Shown: positions 40,632 through 51,302 of the stretch, piece by piece
Numbering within the stretch: the first letter of the stretch is position 1
Layout of the letters: every line of letters begins with the position of its first letter
Assembly (NCBI GenBank): GCA_002269645.1
Contig: NIVC01000236.1
Span: 434,001-498,000, forward strand
Direction of reading: 5' to 3'
Length of the DNA: 64,000 nt
From: Macrostomum lignano
Taxonomy: Eukaryota
Program-made: the position numbers and the translations under genes
Notes under the pieces: model-generated
What the model saw: the letters and a program-made list of their open reading frames with translations, nothing else
What the model was told of the DNA's origin: nothing
The model's database searches: none

Positions 40632-41647
40632 ATGTTTCCCTGGGCTGCACCGAAGGAGCCGCCGGCAGAGTCCGTGCGCAACAACTGCCCCGCCGTCTGG
40701 GGCAACGGCCTCGACGATGGTGACAACAGCATCTCCATGGACGAGATCGAGGCCCGATTCCGCAACAAGCAGGTCATCGTGCTCAGTCGCTTCCACGAGA
40801 AGGAGCGCCGGACGTACCGCAACCTGGCCATGAAGTCTAAGCGGGTTGTTGAAGTTCTCACGGGCGAGTACCTCGGCATTTCACACGATGTAAGAGCTCG
40901 ACTTGTTTGATATCAGCAAGGGAGTTTGTTGTTATACGAATTATTTACGAGCCCGGAACCTCCGTTATCCCATTCAATCCCAGATGTCGATCGAGAAGGA
41001 GAAGAACACCCCGTCATGGATCGCAGTCGGCGCCTGCCGTTTCCGCGACGGCAAGAAGGGTTACGAATGGATGGACAGCGACCCCAACTTCATGGGCAAC
41101 GACCTACTGAGCCACACACACGAGGCTTGGCTGATCAAGCTGGACGAGGCCGAGGCAACAAAAGACGGTAAGGGAAATAAAATGTTTAGAATGCTACTTA
41201 TCCTGCCTCTCAGTAGAGTGTTTTGGGCATCATAATCTAAAAAAACCTCGGGCACCATGCGCACCCGCTTTAGGCAACAACATTTGGTTCCTCAACAACG
41301 TGTTCTGCAAGCGCGAGGACGTCCCGGCCGCCATCGAGAAGCTTAACGGCCTCAAGCGGGGCATCCAGAAGTACAGTGGCCGCGTGGTTGCTAACAACAA
41401 TCTGGGCCTGCGCATCAAAGGCAACAGCACGGCTCCCGAGTACATCATCCTCATCCAGTTCCGCAGCTTCCAGTACTACCGCGACTGGATGAAGTCCCAG
41501 GAGGGATTCGAATTCCTAGACGTCGTGAACCCGCTGGGCGACCGCGAGTCGCTGCTGTTCGCGCTCTGCCCAGACTTCCCCTCACCGTCGGAGTGGAAGT
41601 CGAACGACGACCTGGCCGATTACATCAAGATGCACGGTCAGGACTAG
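40632..41647 (+). CDS. DUF1330-like (dimeric alpha+beta barrel) protein, probably two tandem domains; exons 40632-40889, 40984-41167, 41274-41647; 271 aa
   Basis: Phase-compatible GT-AG introns (GAT|gtaaga...cccag|ATG; GACG|gtaagg...tttag|GCAAC). C-terminal half IQKYSGRVV...IKGNSTAPEYIILIQFRSFQYYRDWMKSQE resembles the DUF1330 pattern (KYGGRFL...EG...P...VVIEFPS...AWY.SPEY). Family recognised by eye only. Confidence 0.6.
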
Positions 41648-42194
41648 TCCGAGCCGGGGATCCCTAGTTTGATGAAGGCCACGCGCTGTGTCTGTAGGCG
41701 ACCCGCTGTCCTCAGTGACGACAATGTTATTTTCCAAGAACCGCTCGCCTAACTTACCTGTATTATAGGAGGTACACCGCTTTGTTTTAGTCAGTGCAAA
41801 ATGTGATTTAAATATTTATTTTCAATGTGATTGCGAACATTAGACACTAAAGCTGCTTTTCCCCCGCAAATTTGTATGCGCGCCCCCTTCTCGTGCGTTT
41901 TTTTCTGTCGCCCAGCGCAGCGCGTGCAGTAGCGATAATAAAAGGCGGCAAGACTCGGCGAATTTTCGATATCCCAGCGTGTGAAGGCTCGCCAAACGCT
42001 TATCAACTATAAAAAAATCATTGCGGTCTCGTCACAATACCCAATTACGATTTACCATGCCCAACAAAAAGCTTCTTTTATCGAATAAACTATTTTCCCC
42101 GTTAAGGGAATTCCGCAAGCTGCATCTAATTGTCCATTGAGTCCTTGACGGCATTCAAACTGGGCTGGGCTGTCCTCAAATTAGTCTGTCTTCT

Positions 42195-42415
42195 GTAAGA
42201 CTGGGACTGTCTTTTGTAAGACTGGAACTGTCTTGTGTTAGGCTGGGACTGTCTTTTGTTGGACTGGGACTGTCTTCTGTTAGACCGGGGCTGTCTTTTG
42301 TTAGACTGGGACTGTCTTCTGTTAGACCGGGGCTGTCTTTTGTTAGACTGGGACTGTCTTCTGTTAGACTGGGACTGTCTTCTGTTGGACTGGGACTGTC
42401 TTCTGTTGGACTGGG
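42195..42415. repeat. Minisatellite, 21-bp unit
   Basis: ttagactgggactgtcttctg repeats; resumes at about 42735-42790. Confidence 0.92.
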
Positions 42416-42444
42416 TGACGTGGTGGGTGTGATTATGTACTGTG

Positions 42445-42690
42445 TATAGTAGTTGTTATCGCGTCGCGTTCTCGCAGGTCGCGTTGGAAGTCACCCGAGT
42501 GATGAAGTGCGTGCTAGCTGGGGGCCCCGCCCCTGCTGAGTGGTGGACTGCGTATATCGTCGGGATACCAAAGAAACCAGGCTCCGTCAAGATCGAAGAG
42601 CATCGCGGGATTTCACCAATGTACTGCACGGCTAAGCTGTTTAACAGGGTTCTGCTGTCGCGGCTGCAGCCTGTGCTGGGCCGGCTCCCT
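42445..42690 (+). pseudogene. Fragment of a non-LTR retrotransposon (RTE-like) reverse transcriptase
   Basis: PAEWWTAYIVGIPKKPG...HRGISPMYCTAKLFNRVLLSRL matches the start of LINE RT domains; truncated on both sides. Confidence 0.7.
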
Positions 42691-42789
42691 CGAATCTACA
42701 AATCTTCTAACAAAACTTCTACAAGTCTACAAAACTGAGACTGTCTTCTGTTAGACTGGGCTGACCTGTTAGACTGGGACTGTCTTCTG

Positions 42790-44312
42790 TTAGATTGGCT
42801 GTCAAGTGTTAGATTGGCTGTCAAGTGTGAGATTGGCTGTCAAGTGTGAGATTGGCTGTCAAGTGTTAGATTGGCTGTCAAGTGTGAGATTGGCTGTCAA
42901 GTGTTAGATTGGCTGTCAAGTGTGAGATTGGCTGTCAAGTGTTAGATTGGCTGTCAAGTGTGAGATTGGCTGTCAAGTGTGAGATTGGCTGTCAAGTGTG
43001 AGATTGGCTGTCAAGTGTGAGATTGGCTGTCAAGTGTGAGATTGGCTGTCAAGTGTGAGATTGGCTGTCAAGTGTTAGATTGGCTGTCAAGTGTGAGATT
43101 GGCTGTCAAGTGTGAGATTGGCTGTCAAGTGTGAGATTGGCTGTCAAGTGTGAGATTGGCTGTCAAGTGTGAGATTGGCTGTCAAGTGTGAGATTGGCTG
43201 TCAAGTGTTAGATTGGCTGTCAAGTGTGAGATTGGCTGTCAAGTGTTAGATTGGCTGTCAAGTGTGAGATTGGCTGTCAAGTGTGAGATTGGCTGTCAAG
43301 TGTGAGATTGGCTGTCAAGTGTTAGATTGGCTGTCAAGTGTTAGATTGGCTGTCAAGTGTTAGATTGGCTGTCAAGTGTTAGATTGGCTGTCAAGTGTGA
43401 GATTGGCTGTCAAGTGTTAGATTGGCTGTCAAGTGTTAGATTGGCTGTCAAGTGTTAGATTGGCTGTCAAGTGTGAGATTGGCTGTCAAGTGTGAGATTG
43501 GCTGTCAAGTGTGAGATTGGCTGTCAAGTGTGAGATTGGCTGTCAAGTGTGAGATTGGCTGTCAAGTGTGAGATTGGCTGTCAAGTGTTAGATTGGCTGT
43601 CAAGTGTTAGATTGGCTGTCAAGTGTTAGATTGGCTGTCAAGTGTGAGATTGGCTGTCAAGTGTTAGATTGGCTGTCAAGTGTTAGATTGGCTGTCAAGT
43701 GTTAGATTGGCTGTCAAGTGTGAGATTGGCTGTCAAGTGTTAGATTGGCTGTCAAGTGTGAGATTGGCTGTCAAGTGTGAGATTGGCTGTCAGGTGTTAG
43801 ATTGGATGTCAAGTGTTAGATTGGCTGTCAAGTGTGAGATTGGCTGTCAAGTGTTAGATTGGCTGTCAAGTGTTAGATTGGCTGTCAAATGTTAGATTGG
43901 CTGTCAAGTGTGAGATTGGCTGTCAAGTGTGAGATTGGCTGTCAAGTGTTAGATTGGCTGTCAAGTGTGAGATTGGCTGTCAAGTGTTAGATTGGCTGTC
44001 AAGTGTTAGATTGGCTGTCAAGTGTGAGATTGGCTGTCAAGTGTGAGATTGGCTGTCAAGTGTTAGATTGGCTGTCAAGTGTTAGATTGGCTGTCAAGTG
44101 TTAGATTGGCTGTCAAGTGTTAGATTGGCTGTCAAGTGTGAGATTGGCTGTCAAGTGTGAGATTGGCTGTCAAGTGTTAGATTGGCTGTCAAGTGTTAGA
44201 TTGGCTGTCAAGTGTTAGATTGGCTGTCAAGTGTTAGATTGGCTGTCAAGTGTGAGATTGGCTGTCAAGTGTGAGATTGGCTGTCAAGTGTGAGATTGGC
44301 TGTCAAGTGTTA
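42790..44312. repeat. Minisatellite, 19-bp unit, about 80 copies
   Basis: agattggctgtcaagtgt(t/g). Confidence 0.97.
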
Positions 44313-44670
44313 CACACGGAGTCCCGTCTATCACCCTATTAACCTTTTACATAGACAGCAAAATTCTCATTTAGCGAGCTGATGATAGGTTTGTAAAACC
44401 ATTAAGACAAGAAAAAGCAAATTTCAATTTTCGAACGCTCAATATTACTGATTGGAACGGTTATTGGTATTATTACCATCGAACTATTACTATCTTTATT
44501 GCTATTACGAGTATTTAAATAATCAGTAAGATAAGCAAGCCCGGGATGTCAGTAAACAGGGGAAGGCGCACTCAGCGCACTTGCGCAACTGGTGAAGAAG
44601 CAGGCAGCTGAGCAACTCCCGCTGAGCTGCCGCCTCAACTAAAAACAGAGGGAATTTTAAAACATAAAAC

Positions 44671-45637
44671 TGTTGTATCCCCCTTCCTCGCTGGCACGGC
44701 CGGGTTGGGCGACGGGTAGCGGTGTCGGGGTTCGGGTACTGGACTGCCCAGGGCTTACGAGCTCGATCGGCGACCCCGAGGCGTACGGACACTTCGGGGG
44801 GAGGTCAAGGTTGAGAAGTCGAGAGAGAGGGGAGGGGCGGCTGTGGGCGGGCGGCCACTCGACAGCCTGGTGAGTCAAGGAAGAGAGAGAGGGCTGCGGG
44901 CGGTCGGCCACTCGACAGCCTGGTGAGTCAAGGAAAAGAGAGAGGGCTGTGGGCGGGCGGCCACTCGACAGCCTGGTGAGTCAAGGAAGAGAGAGAGGGC
45001 TGCGGGCGGTCGGCCACTCGACAGCCTGGTGAGTCAGACTGAGGAGAGAATGAGAGAGAGAGAGATCAGGAGAGCGACCCCGAGGAACACAGGCAATTGT
45101 CTCGACAGCTTACCGGGCCGGGTCGATTATAGCACTCATACACGGGAAGGCCGATCGATTGCAATAAATTGAGTCTTCGCAGTAAGAGACCGTCTCTACG
45201 GTTGATCGCTGGTCACGTTCGTTTATTTATCGCGGTGGGCGCAAATGGGCGCAGGCACGGTGAGAAAAGGGGCGGGGTCTGAGCGTCGCCTTAAATAACG
45301 AGTAAAAAGGGGCAGGGGCGCAAACAAGGGGGGGGAGAAAGGGCTTAAACAATGGAGCTGATTGACAGCTGATTGGCTGCGGCGAGGGGAGGGTGGAAGC
45401 GCGCACGGCCAGGGAGAGGGAGAGAGAGCAGAGGCCCAGCCAATCAGCACGGCTAGCCAAAGGGCTAAACAGCCAAGGCGAGAGAGAGAGAGAAAGAGAG
45501 CAGAGGCTCAGCCAAAGGGCTCATAGCTCCAGACTGGCTTGAGCCGGGGGGGGGGGGGTAACAATAATCAACTACCAAAGTCAACAACTATCAAAGTGCA
45601 CTTGCACCAGGGGAGCACTGTGACACAGGTCACAACA
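44671..45637 (-). repeat. 3' LTR (967 bp)
   Basis: Copy of 52272-53237, preceded on the minus strand by the polypurine tract. Confidence 0.97.
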
Positions 45638-45648
45638 CCCTCCCCCCT
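45638..45648 (-). promoter_or_regulatory. Polypurine tract (AGGGGGGAGGG)
   Basis: Purine run directly abutting the 3' LTR, preceded by a U-rich tract. Confidence 0.85.
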
Positions 45649-45749
45649 AAAAAAAAGAAAACGACGCGCTTTGACTGAATGAAAATGAAAAAAAATGTAA
45701 TGAAATGAAACTGAATGAAAGAGACCAAGAGTGTCAGGCAGCGGCCGAG

Positions 45750-46005
45750 AGCGCAGGACAGGGGCCGAGGATGTCGGACAGGCCGAGAACACCGGGTACG
45801 GCCGAGAATGCCGGACTGTGGCCGAAAACGCCGGGCATGGCCGAGAATGCCGGACAGCGACCGAGAATGCCGGGCAGCGGCCGAGAATGCCGGGCAGCGG
45901 CCGAGAACGCCTGGCATGGCCGAGAATACCGGACAGCGGCCGAGAATGCCGGGCAGCGGCCGAGAATGCCGGGCAGCGACCGAGAACGCCGGGCATGGCC
46001 GAGAG
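45750..46005. repeat. About 20-bp GC-rich tandem repeat in the retrotransposon 3' UTR
   Basis: gccgagaatgccgggcagcg variants between the ORF3 stop and the PPT. Confidence 0.9.
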
Positions 46006-46137
46006 TGTTCCCCGCCCTTCCTTCGGGGCCGCTCCCAGTGCCAAACAGAGGGATCACAACGACGATCAGAGGAGAGATGGGATGAAATGAAGGAGTGAAG
46101 GTCTCTTGCCCGCCCTGGCATCCTGCCCCAGAACCCC

Positions 46138-47019
46138 CTAGACCGCCACCTCCGCCGCCCGGCGCAACAACCCCAACACGCGTCCTCCGTCGATTAGTTC
46201 AAACTGAGGGATCGCAACACTCATGACGAACCGAGTGCTTCGCTTGAAGGCAGGCCGCCGCCAGACACGCCGAGCATGACCCCGACACTTGGCGCTGATG
46301 TCACGGAGAATGAACTTGACAGTCTGAGCCAAAAGCTCGGCGATTTCGCGTCGATGATCCAGCCGCTCGCTGCCGCACAACCCCACCATTTCAGTCAAAA
46401 GCCGGAACATCGCAGCTGGACTCCCCGACAACAAAGCGTGCCGAAGCTCCGACCGGATTCGAGCTCTTCGCTGCGTTGCCTCCCCGCTCCAGGTGTATTC
46501 CACCTCGGTACTCGGCTCGCTCCTCATCAGCCACGCTGGCGACTCCCGTTGGTCGATGACGAGCTCCGGTTCGTCTTCTGACATCGAAGTTTCGCCGTCG
46601 AATTCATTCAAGAGCTCTTCTTCCTCTGACTGCGTGATTTCACAGCAGCTCTGAGCAGTCTCCTCGCCGCCGCAACCACCACGCTCGCTTCCTTCCGACT
46701 CCCTGTCCTCGTCTGACTCTTCTGTTTCGTCTTCAATCGTTACGACAAACTCCTCCGGGACGCACATCCCATCCGGCGGGACAAAATACCGGGCGCACTC
46801 GAGCGGGTTGCTAACGGCATCCTGCCCGAACCGGTCGTACAGCGCTCGTCGAAACGGACACAGCAGGACCGCACTCGCATGCTGCAGCCTCTGGAAATTC
46901 TCCGTTCCACCGGGTCCACACTTGTCGGGGTGCCGTCGCAGGCTCTCACGGCGGTACGCACGTCGCAGCTCCTCCTCCGTCGCGAAGGGGCTGACACCAA
47001 ACTCGGCGTAGAGGTCCAT
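46138..47019 (-). CDS. ORF3 of the retrotransposon: J-domain (DnaJ/Hsp40, class C-like) protein, 293 aa
   Basis: MDLYAEFGVSPFATEEELRRAYRRESLRRHPDKCGPGGTENFQRLQHASAVLLCPFRRALYDRFG matches J-domain helices I-IV with an intact HPD. It is followed by an acidic tract and a novel basic/helical C-terminus, and lies between pol and the PPT in the same orientation. Confidence 0.9.
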   Translation of the reverse strand: MDLYAEFGVSPFATEEELRRAYRRESLRRHPDKCGPGGTENFQRLQHASAVLLCPFRRALYDRFGQDAVSNPLECARYFVPPDGMCVPEEFVVTIEDETEESDEDRESEGSERGGCGGEETAQSCCEITQSEEEELLNEFDGETSMSEDEPELVIDQRESPAWLMRSEPSTEVEYTWSGEATQRRARIRSELRHALLSGSPAAMFRLLTEMVGLCGSERLDHRREIAELLAQTVKFILRDISAKCRGHARRVWRRPAFKRSTRFVMSVAIPQFELIDGGRVLGLLRRAAEVAV

Positions 47020-47351
47020 GCCCGGAAAGCAGTGCCTGCAACAACCACGACTCACTTTTGAGAGCAGGGCAATGGTTCCTTCGAGCCTCTTTGGGGCGCC
47101 GATCCTTCATCCCTGATGGCAGGGTTGGGCAGGTGGGACCTCCACTGACGGGCCTTAAGAGGGGAATATATATTTTTGTTTGTGAAGCAGAGGCAATAAC
47201 ACGAGCCCAGTTTTCAATAACGCGGGTGATGACGCAGACGATGCTTCGAACCAAATGTTGATGACGCAGGTGATGACGCGGATGATGCTTCGAACCAATT
47301 ATTTATGACACAGGAGATGACGCGACATTGCGCACGCACTCACGTCCGCTC

Positions 47352-50300
47352 TTAATAATAAACGGGCGTTCCATAACGCTGCGGAACCCTTCGATCCCTC
47401 TGGGGTCGACCTTCGATGACTTCAACTGGCGCTTCCGGCTGCGGCTGCACTCCTGGCTGCTGCACATCCATTGGTTCTCCCTCCTCTCGAACCCGCCCGG
47501 AATGTCGCCACCATCGCTCCTCATCCTCATCGTCCGATTCCGTCTCTTGAGCAGGACCTGGGTGGTACCTCCTTGGTGCAGGACGCCGAGGGCCACCGGT
47601 GCCGTCGACCGGGTACTTCCGGTACCGAGGCAGGAGGTTGTTAAAGTGCACCACCTTGATCGGCTTCCGTCGACCTTCCTGTCGAATCCTATAGCGCGTC
47701 TCCGACAGCTTCTCGAGAACTACGGCAGGTCCGGTCCAGGGTGAGTGGAGCTTCGCTTTGGCACCGGCCTTCAACACGGGGTTGTAGACGAACACCTCGT
47801 CGCCAGCCACGAATCTCGACCCTTCACCTTCCGGTCGTACCAGTCTTTCTGCACTCGTTGATATGACGTTATTCTCTCACGCACCACCCGATGGGCTTCC
47901 ACGAGCGTCTCCCGCAGGTTCTGGACTTCCTCGCAGTACGGTTCGATGTCCAGTGGGCGCGCCACTCCCAAGTCAACTGGCAGAGACATCTCGCGACCAT
48001 GCAGAAGGAAGAAGGGTGAGTAGCCGGTGCCGCGGTGCACACTGGAGCGATACGCCATGAGCGCCGGGGCAACGAATTCGTCCCACCGCTCTGATCCGGC
48101 TCCTTCACCAGGTGCGCCCGGATCACTGCAGTCAGCGTCTTATTGAAGCTTTCCACTTGGCCGTTTCCAGAGGGGTGATAGGCGGTCGTACGCGTCTTTC
48201 GGATATTCAGACTTTCGCACAGCTGGCCGATCAATTGCGACTCGAAATTGGCTCCCTGATCCGAGTGGATTGTCCTGGGGCTCCGTAGTGACAGACCCAC
48301 TCCTCGAGCATTGCCCTTGCACAGGTGCTGGCCGTCTGATCTGGCACCGGTACTGCCACTGGCCACTTACTGAACGCGTCCTGCATCGTCAGTATGTATT
48401 TGTTGCCTCGGACGCTGGTTGGCAGTGGTCCAATCAAATCCACCATCACTCTTTCAAACACATGGCTGCTGGGAATCGGCTCCAATGGGGCCTTCCGCCG
48501 CATCCCGGGCTTGCTCCGGTTACAGTCGTCACACCTTCGCACAAACTCCTCGACCTCTCGCTTCAAGCCGGGTCTCCAGAATCGGTTCCTGACTTTCTCC
48601 AGAGTCTTTGCTACGCCGAAGTGTCCACCTCCTGGTCCAGAGTGCAGCGTCTGCAGAGCGTCGGGGATCAATTTCTTCGGGAGAACAGCCCGCGGTGGGT
48701 GACGTCCCAGATCCTTGATGACGAGGGTGTTGTCCACAATTTCCAGCCGAGGCTTTTGTGCCCAGATGGCTCGGGTCGTTGGTGACGCACCCCGAGGTGG
48801 CTCTTCGTTTGCTCGGCCGGCGTGCATCGACTGGTAAACTGGAGCGATGTCGTTGTCCACAGCTTGTGCTGCTGCCAGCTCATCTCGGCTGAGCAACCCG
48901 AGCAGCGTCGTTACCCTGACCCCGGGGAGGTCATCAGTCCGGCACGACGGGCAGTTATCCATTTCGGGATGTCGTCGCGGCGGCTTGCGTGACAGCGCGT
49001 CCGCATTCTGATGACGCGCCCCTGGCCGATGCTCCACTGCGAAGTCGAATGGCGCCAACCTCTCCATCCACCGAGCCAACTGGCCTTCCGGCTGCCTCAT
49101 ACTTCGGAGCCACTGCAGACTTGCGTGGTCGGTGCGCACCCGGAACCTCCGGCCAAGTAGATAGTACCGGAACCTCTCTGCGAATGTCACCAGCGCCAGG
49201 AGCTCGATTCGTGTCGTGCAATAGTTGAATTCGGCCCCTTGCAGACGCCGACTCCCGTACGCAATAACCCGCTCTGACCCGTCTTCTTGTACCTGCGACA
49301 AGACTGCTCCGAGACCCTGTCGGGTACTTCCATCGGTATCCAAGATGAACTCACCAGCCGTGGGGTCGAAGTTCGGGTAGGCCATCACGCGGCAACCGGT
49401 CAATTCTTCTTTCAGCTTTTTGAAGGCCTCATCGTGTTCCTCTCTCCAACTGAACGGCTTGTCTTTCTTTGTCAGATCAAAAAGTGGTGCAGCGACTATC
49501 GAGAATTCTGGTATGAAGTTTCGGTAGTAACCAGCCAGACCCAGGAACGACTGAAGGTCTTTTGCATTTCTTGGAATGCTCCAGTCACGGACTTCCTTGA
49601 TCTTCTCCGGGTCGACATCGATTCCGTCCTTTGACACGACGTGGCCAAGGAATTTGACCTCATCGGCCAGGAATCTGCACTTAGATGGCTTTAGCCTCAA
49701 GTTGGCTGCGCGCAGGCGCTGGAATACCGCCTCGAGATTCGTTAGATGCTCGCTGACAGTTCGGGACCAAATGATGATATCGTCGATGTAGACGAGCGCC
49801 ATTTTCCACAGAAGGTCGTGTAGTACCATATTCATCAACCTTGTGAATGTCGCCGGCGCATTGGTCAATCCGAAGGGCAGCACCTTGAACGCGAATTGCC
49901 CCCGATGCGGAATGACAAAAGCAGTCTTTTCTTGATCCTCCCTTTTGACCTTAACTTGCCAATAGCCGGAGCAAAGGTCGAGCGTCGAAAATACAGCCGC
50001 ACCTCCGAGCGCTTCAAGTGCGTCATCGACACGCGGGATTGCTATGGCGTCCTTGACAGTTCGTTGATTCAACTCTCTGTAGTCGACACACAGTCGCAGT
50101 TCCCCATTCTTTTTACGGACACAGACCACTGGCGAACTCCACGGCGATTGGGTCGGTTCAATCATCTTCGTTGCCAAAAGCTCGTCGATTTGTCGGTCGA
50201 CTTCGCCGCGCCAATGTGGCGGTAGCCGTCGCGGAGGCTGTTTTACGGCTGTTCCGGTGGTCTCAATTTCATGCTGCACGATGTCCGTCGTCCCGAGGCG

Positions 50301-51302
50301 CGCTGTACTCTCTGCGAAAACATCTGCGTATCGATTCACCAATCTTAGGAAACTCGCTTTGTCTGCCCCCGTGAGCTGCTTGGAGCCGTGCTGGTTCAGT
50401 GCCGCCTCTGGGTCCCATGGATCGCAGCTGGGTCGTAAAACCGACGCTTGCTCTTCGATGCTGGCTACCAGAACCTCTTGAGCCGGATCTGATGGTCGAA
50501 ACCAGCCGATGACAGCTCCCTTCCGCAGCCGCAGCTCGGAGTCCGTGACATTCGCGAAGTGAACTGGTAGGGTGTTGCCCTGCTGGATGAGGCAGACGCT
50601 CCTGGCTAGCATTGGTCTCTCATCGCTCTTCAGTTTTTCGTCTGGTTCGGCGACGCCGAGCACTCCGGAATTCTGTGTCGCTGTTCTCCGAATCCTGGCT
50701 GAGACGGTCCGTTCGTGATTGGCCGGAATGATCAAGTTTTCGTTCAGGTACAACCGGCAGACGACTGGTTTGTGCTTGGTCTCTCGGATTGGCACACGTG
50801 AACCGTTCACGCGGAAAACTCCTCCGGCGAAATCGATTTGGCACCGGTGGCGGCGTAAGAAGTCGGTGCCTAGCAACAGTTCGTAGCCGACCCCTTGGAC
50901 CACCGCAATTGGCGTCTGTAAAGTTTCTGATCCGAACTGTAGGGGAAGCGACGCGCATCCTAACACATTCATGGGAGTTCCGTTCGCTGAGATCAGGTGG
51001 GTTTCCGAAGGGCTGAGTTCAACTCGAACCGACTTGCTCAACTGCCGCCAGGTCCTCTCGTTCACCAGCGACATGACCGAGCCCGAATCCAACAGACACG
51101 GCAACTCAATCTCGCCAATTTTTACCGACACGTAGATTGACACGGGATTAAAAGCTGTTGCAGGTTGATCTCTATCTCTTGAGCAGTCCGCCGGACATCC
51201 TGCTGCACGTCGCTCCGGGGCTGCATCTTCGTCTCGGGTTGGGGCCTCTACTGTCTCGGCGGAACTCCCTCGCCCCTGCGGAAGTTCCCCTTGCCGTTTC
51301 CC
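47352..51302 (-). CDS. pol: Pol (protease, RT, RNase H, integrase with GPY/F-type tail), reached by a probable -1 frameshift; integrase interrupted by three apparent 1-nt deletions (about 48278, 48086, 47817)
   Basis: LLDSGS, LCVDYRELN, YIDDII, ILDTDGS/ELLAL/TDHASL, HHCC zinc finger (LHSGPGGGHFG...CDDC), VDLIGP, HSDQGANF, HPSGNGQVE, SPWTGP. The pol frame is open back to GGGAAAC at 51302-51296. Confidence 0.92.

Noticed and set aside
46138-47019. ORF3 as an env gene, or as a T-antigen mimic with an Rb-binding LxCxE motif
   Set aside because: No signal peptide, furin site or TM helix; no LxCxE found (the closest are SCCE and LCGSE).
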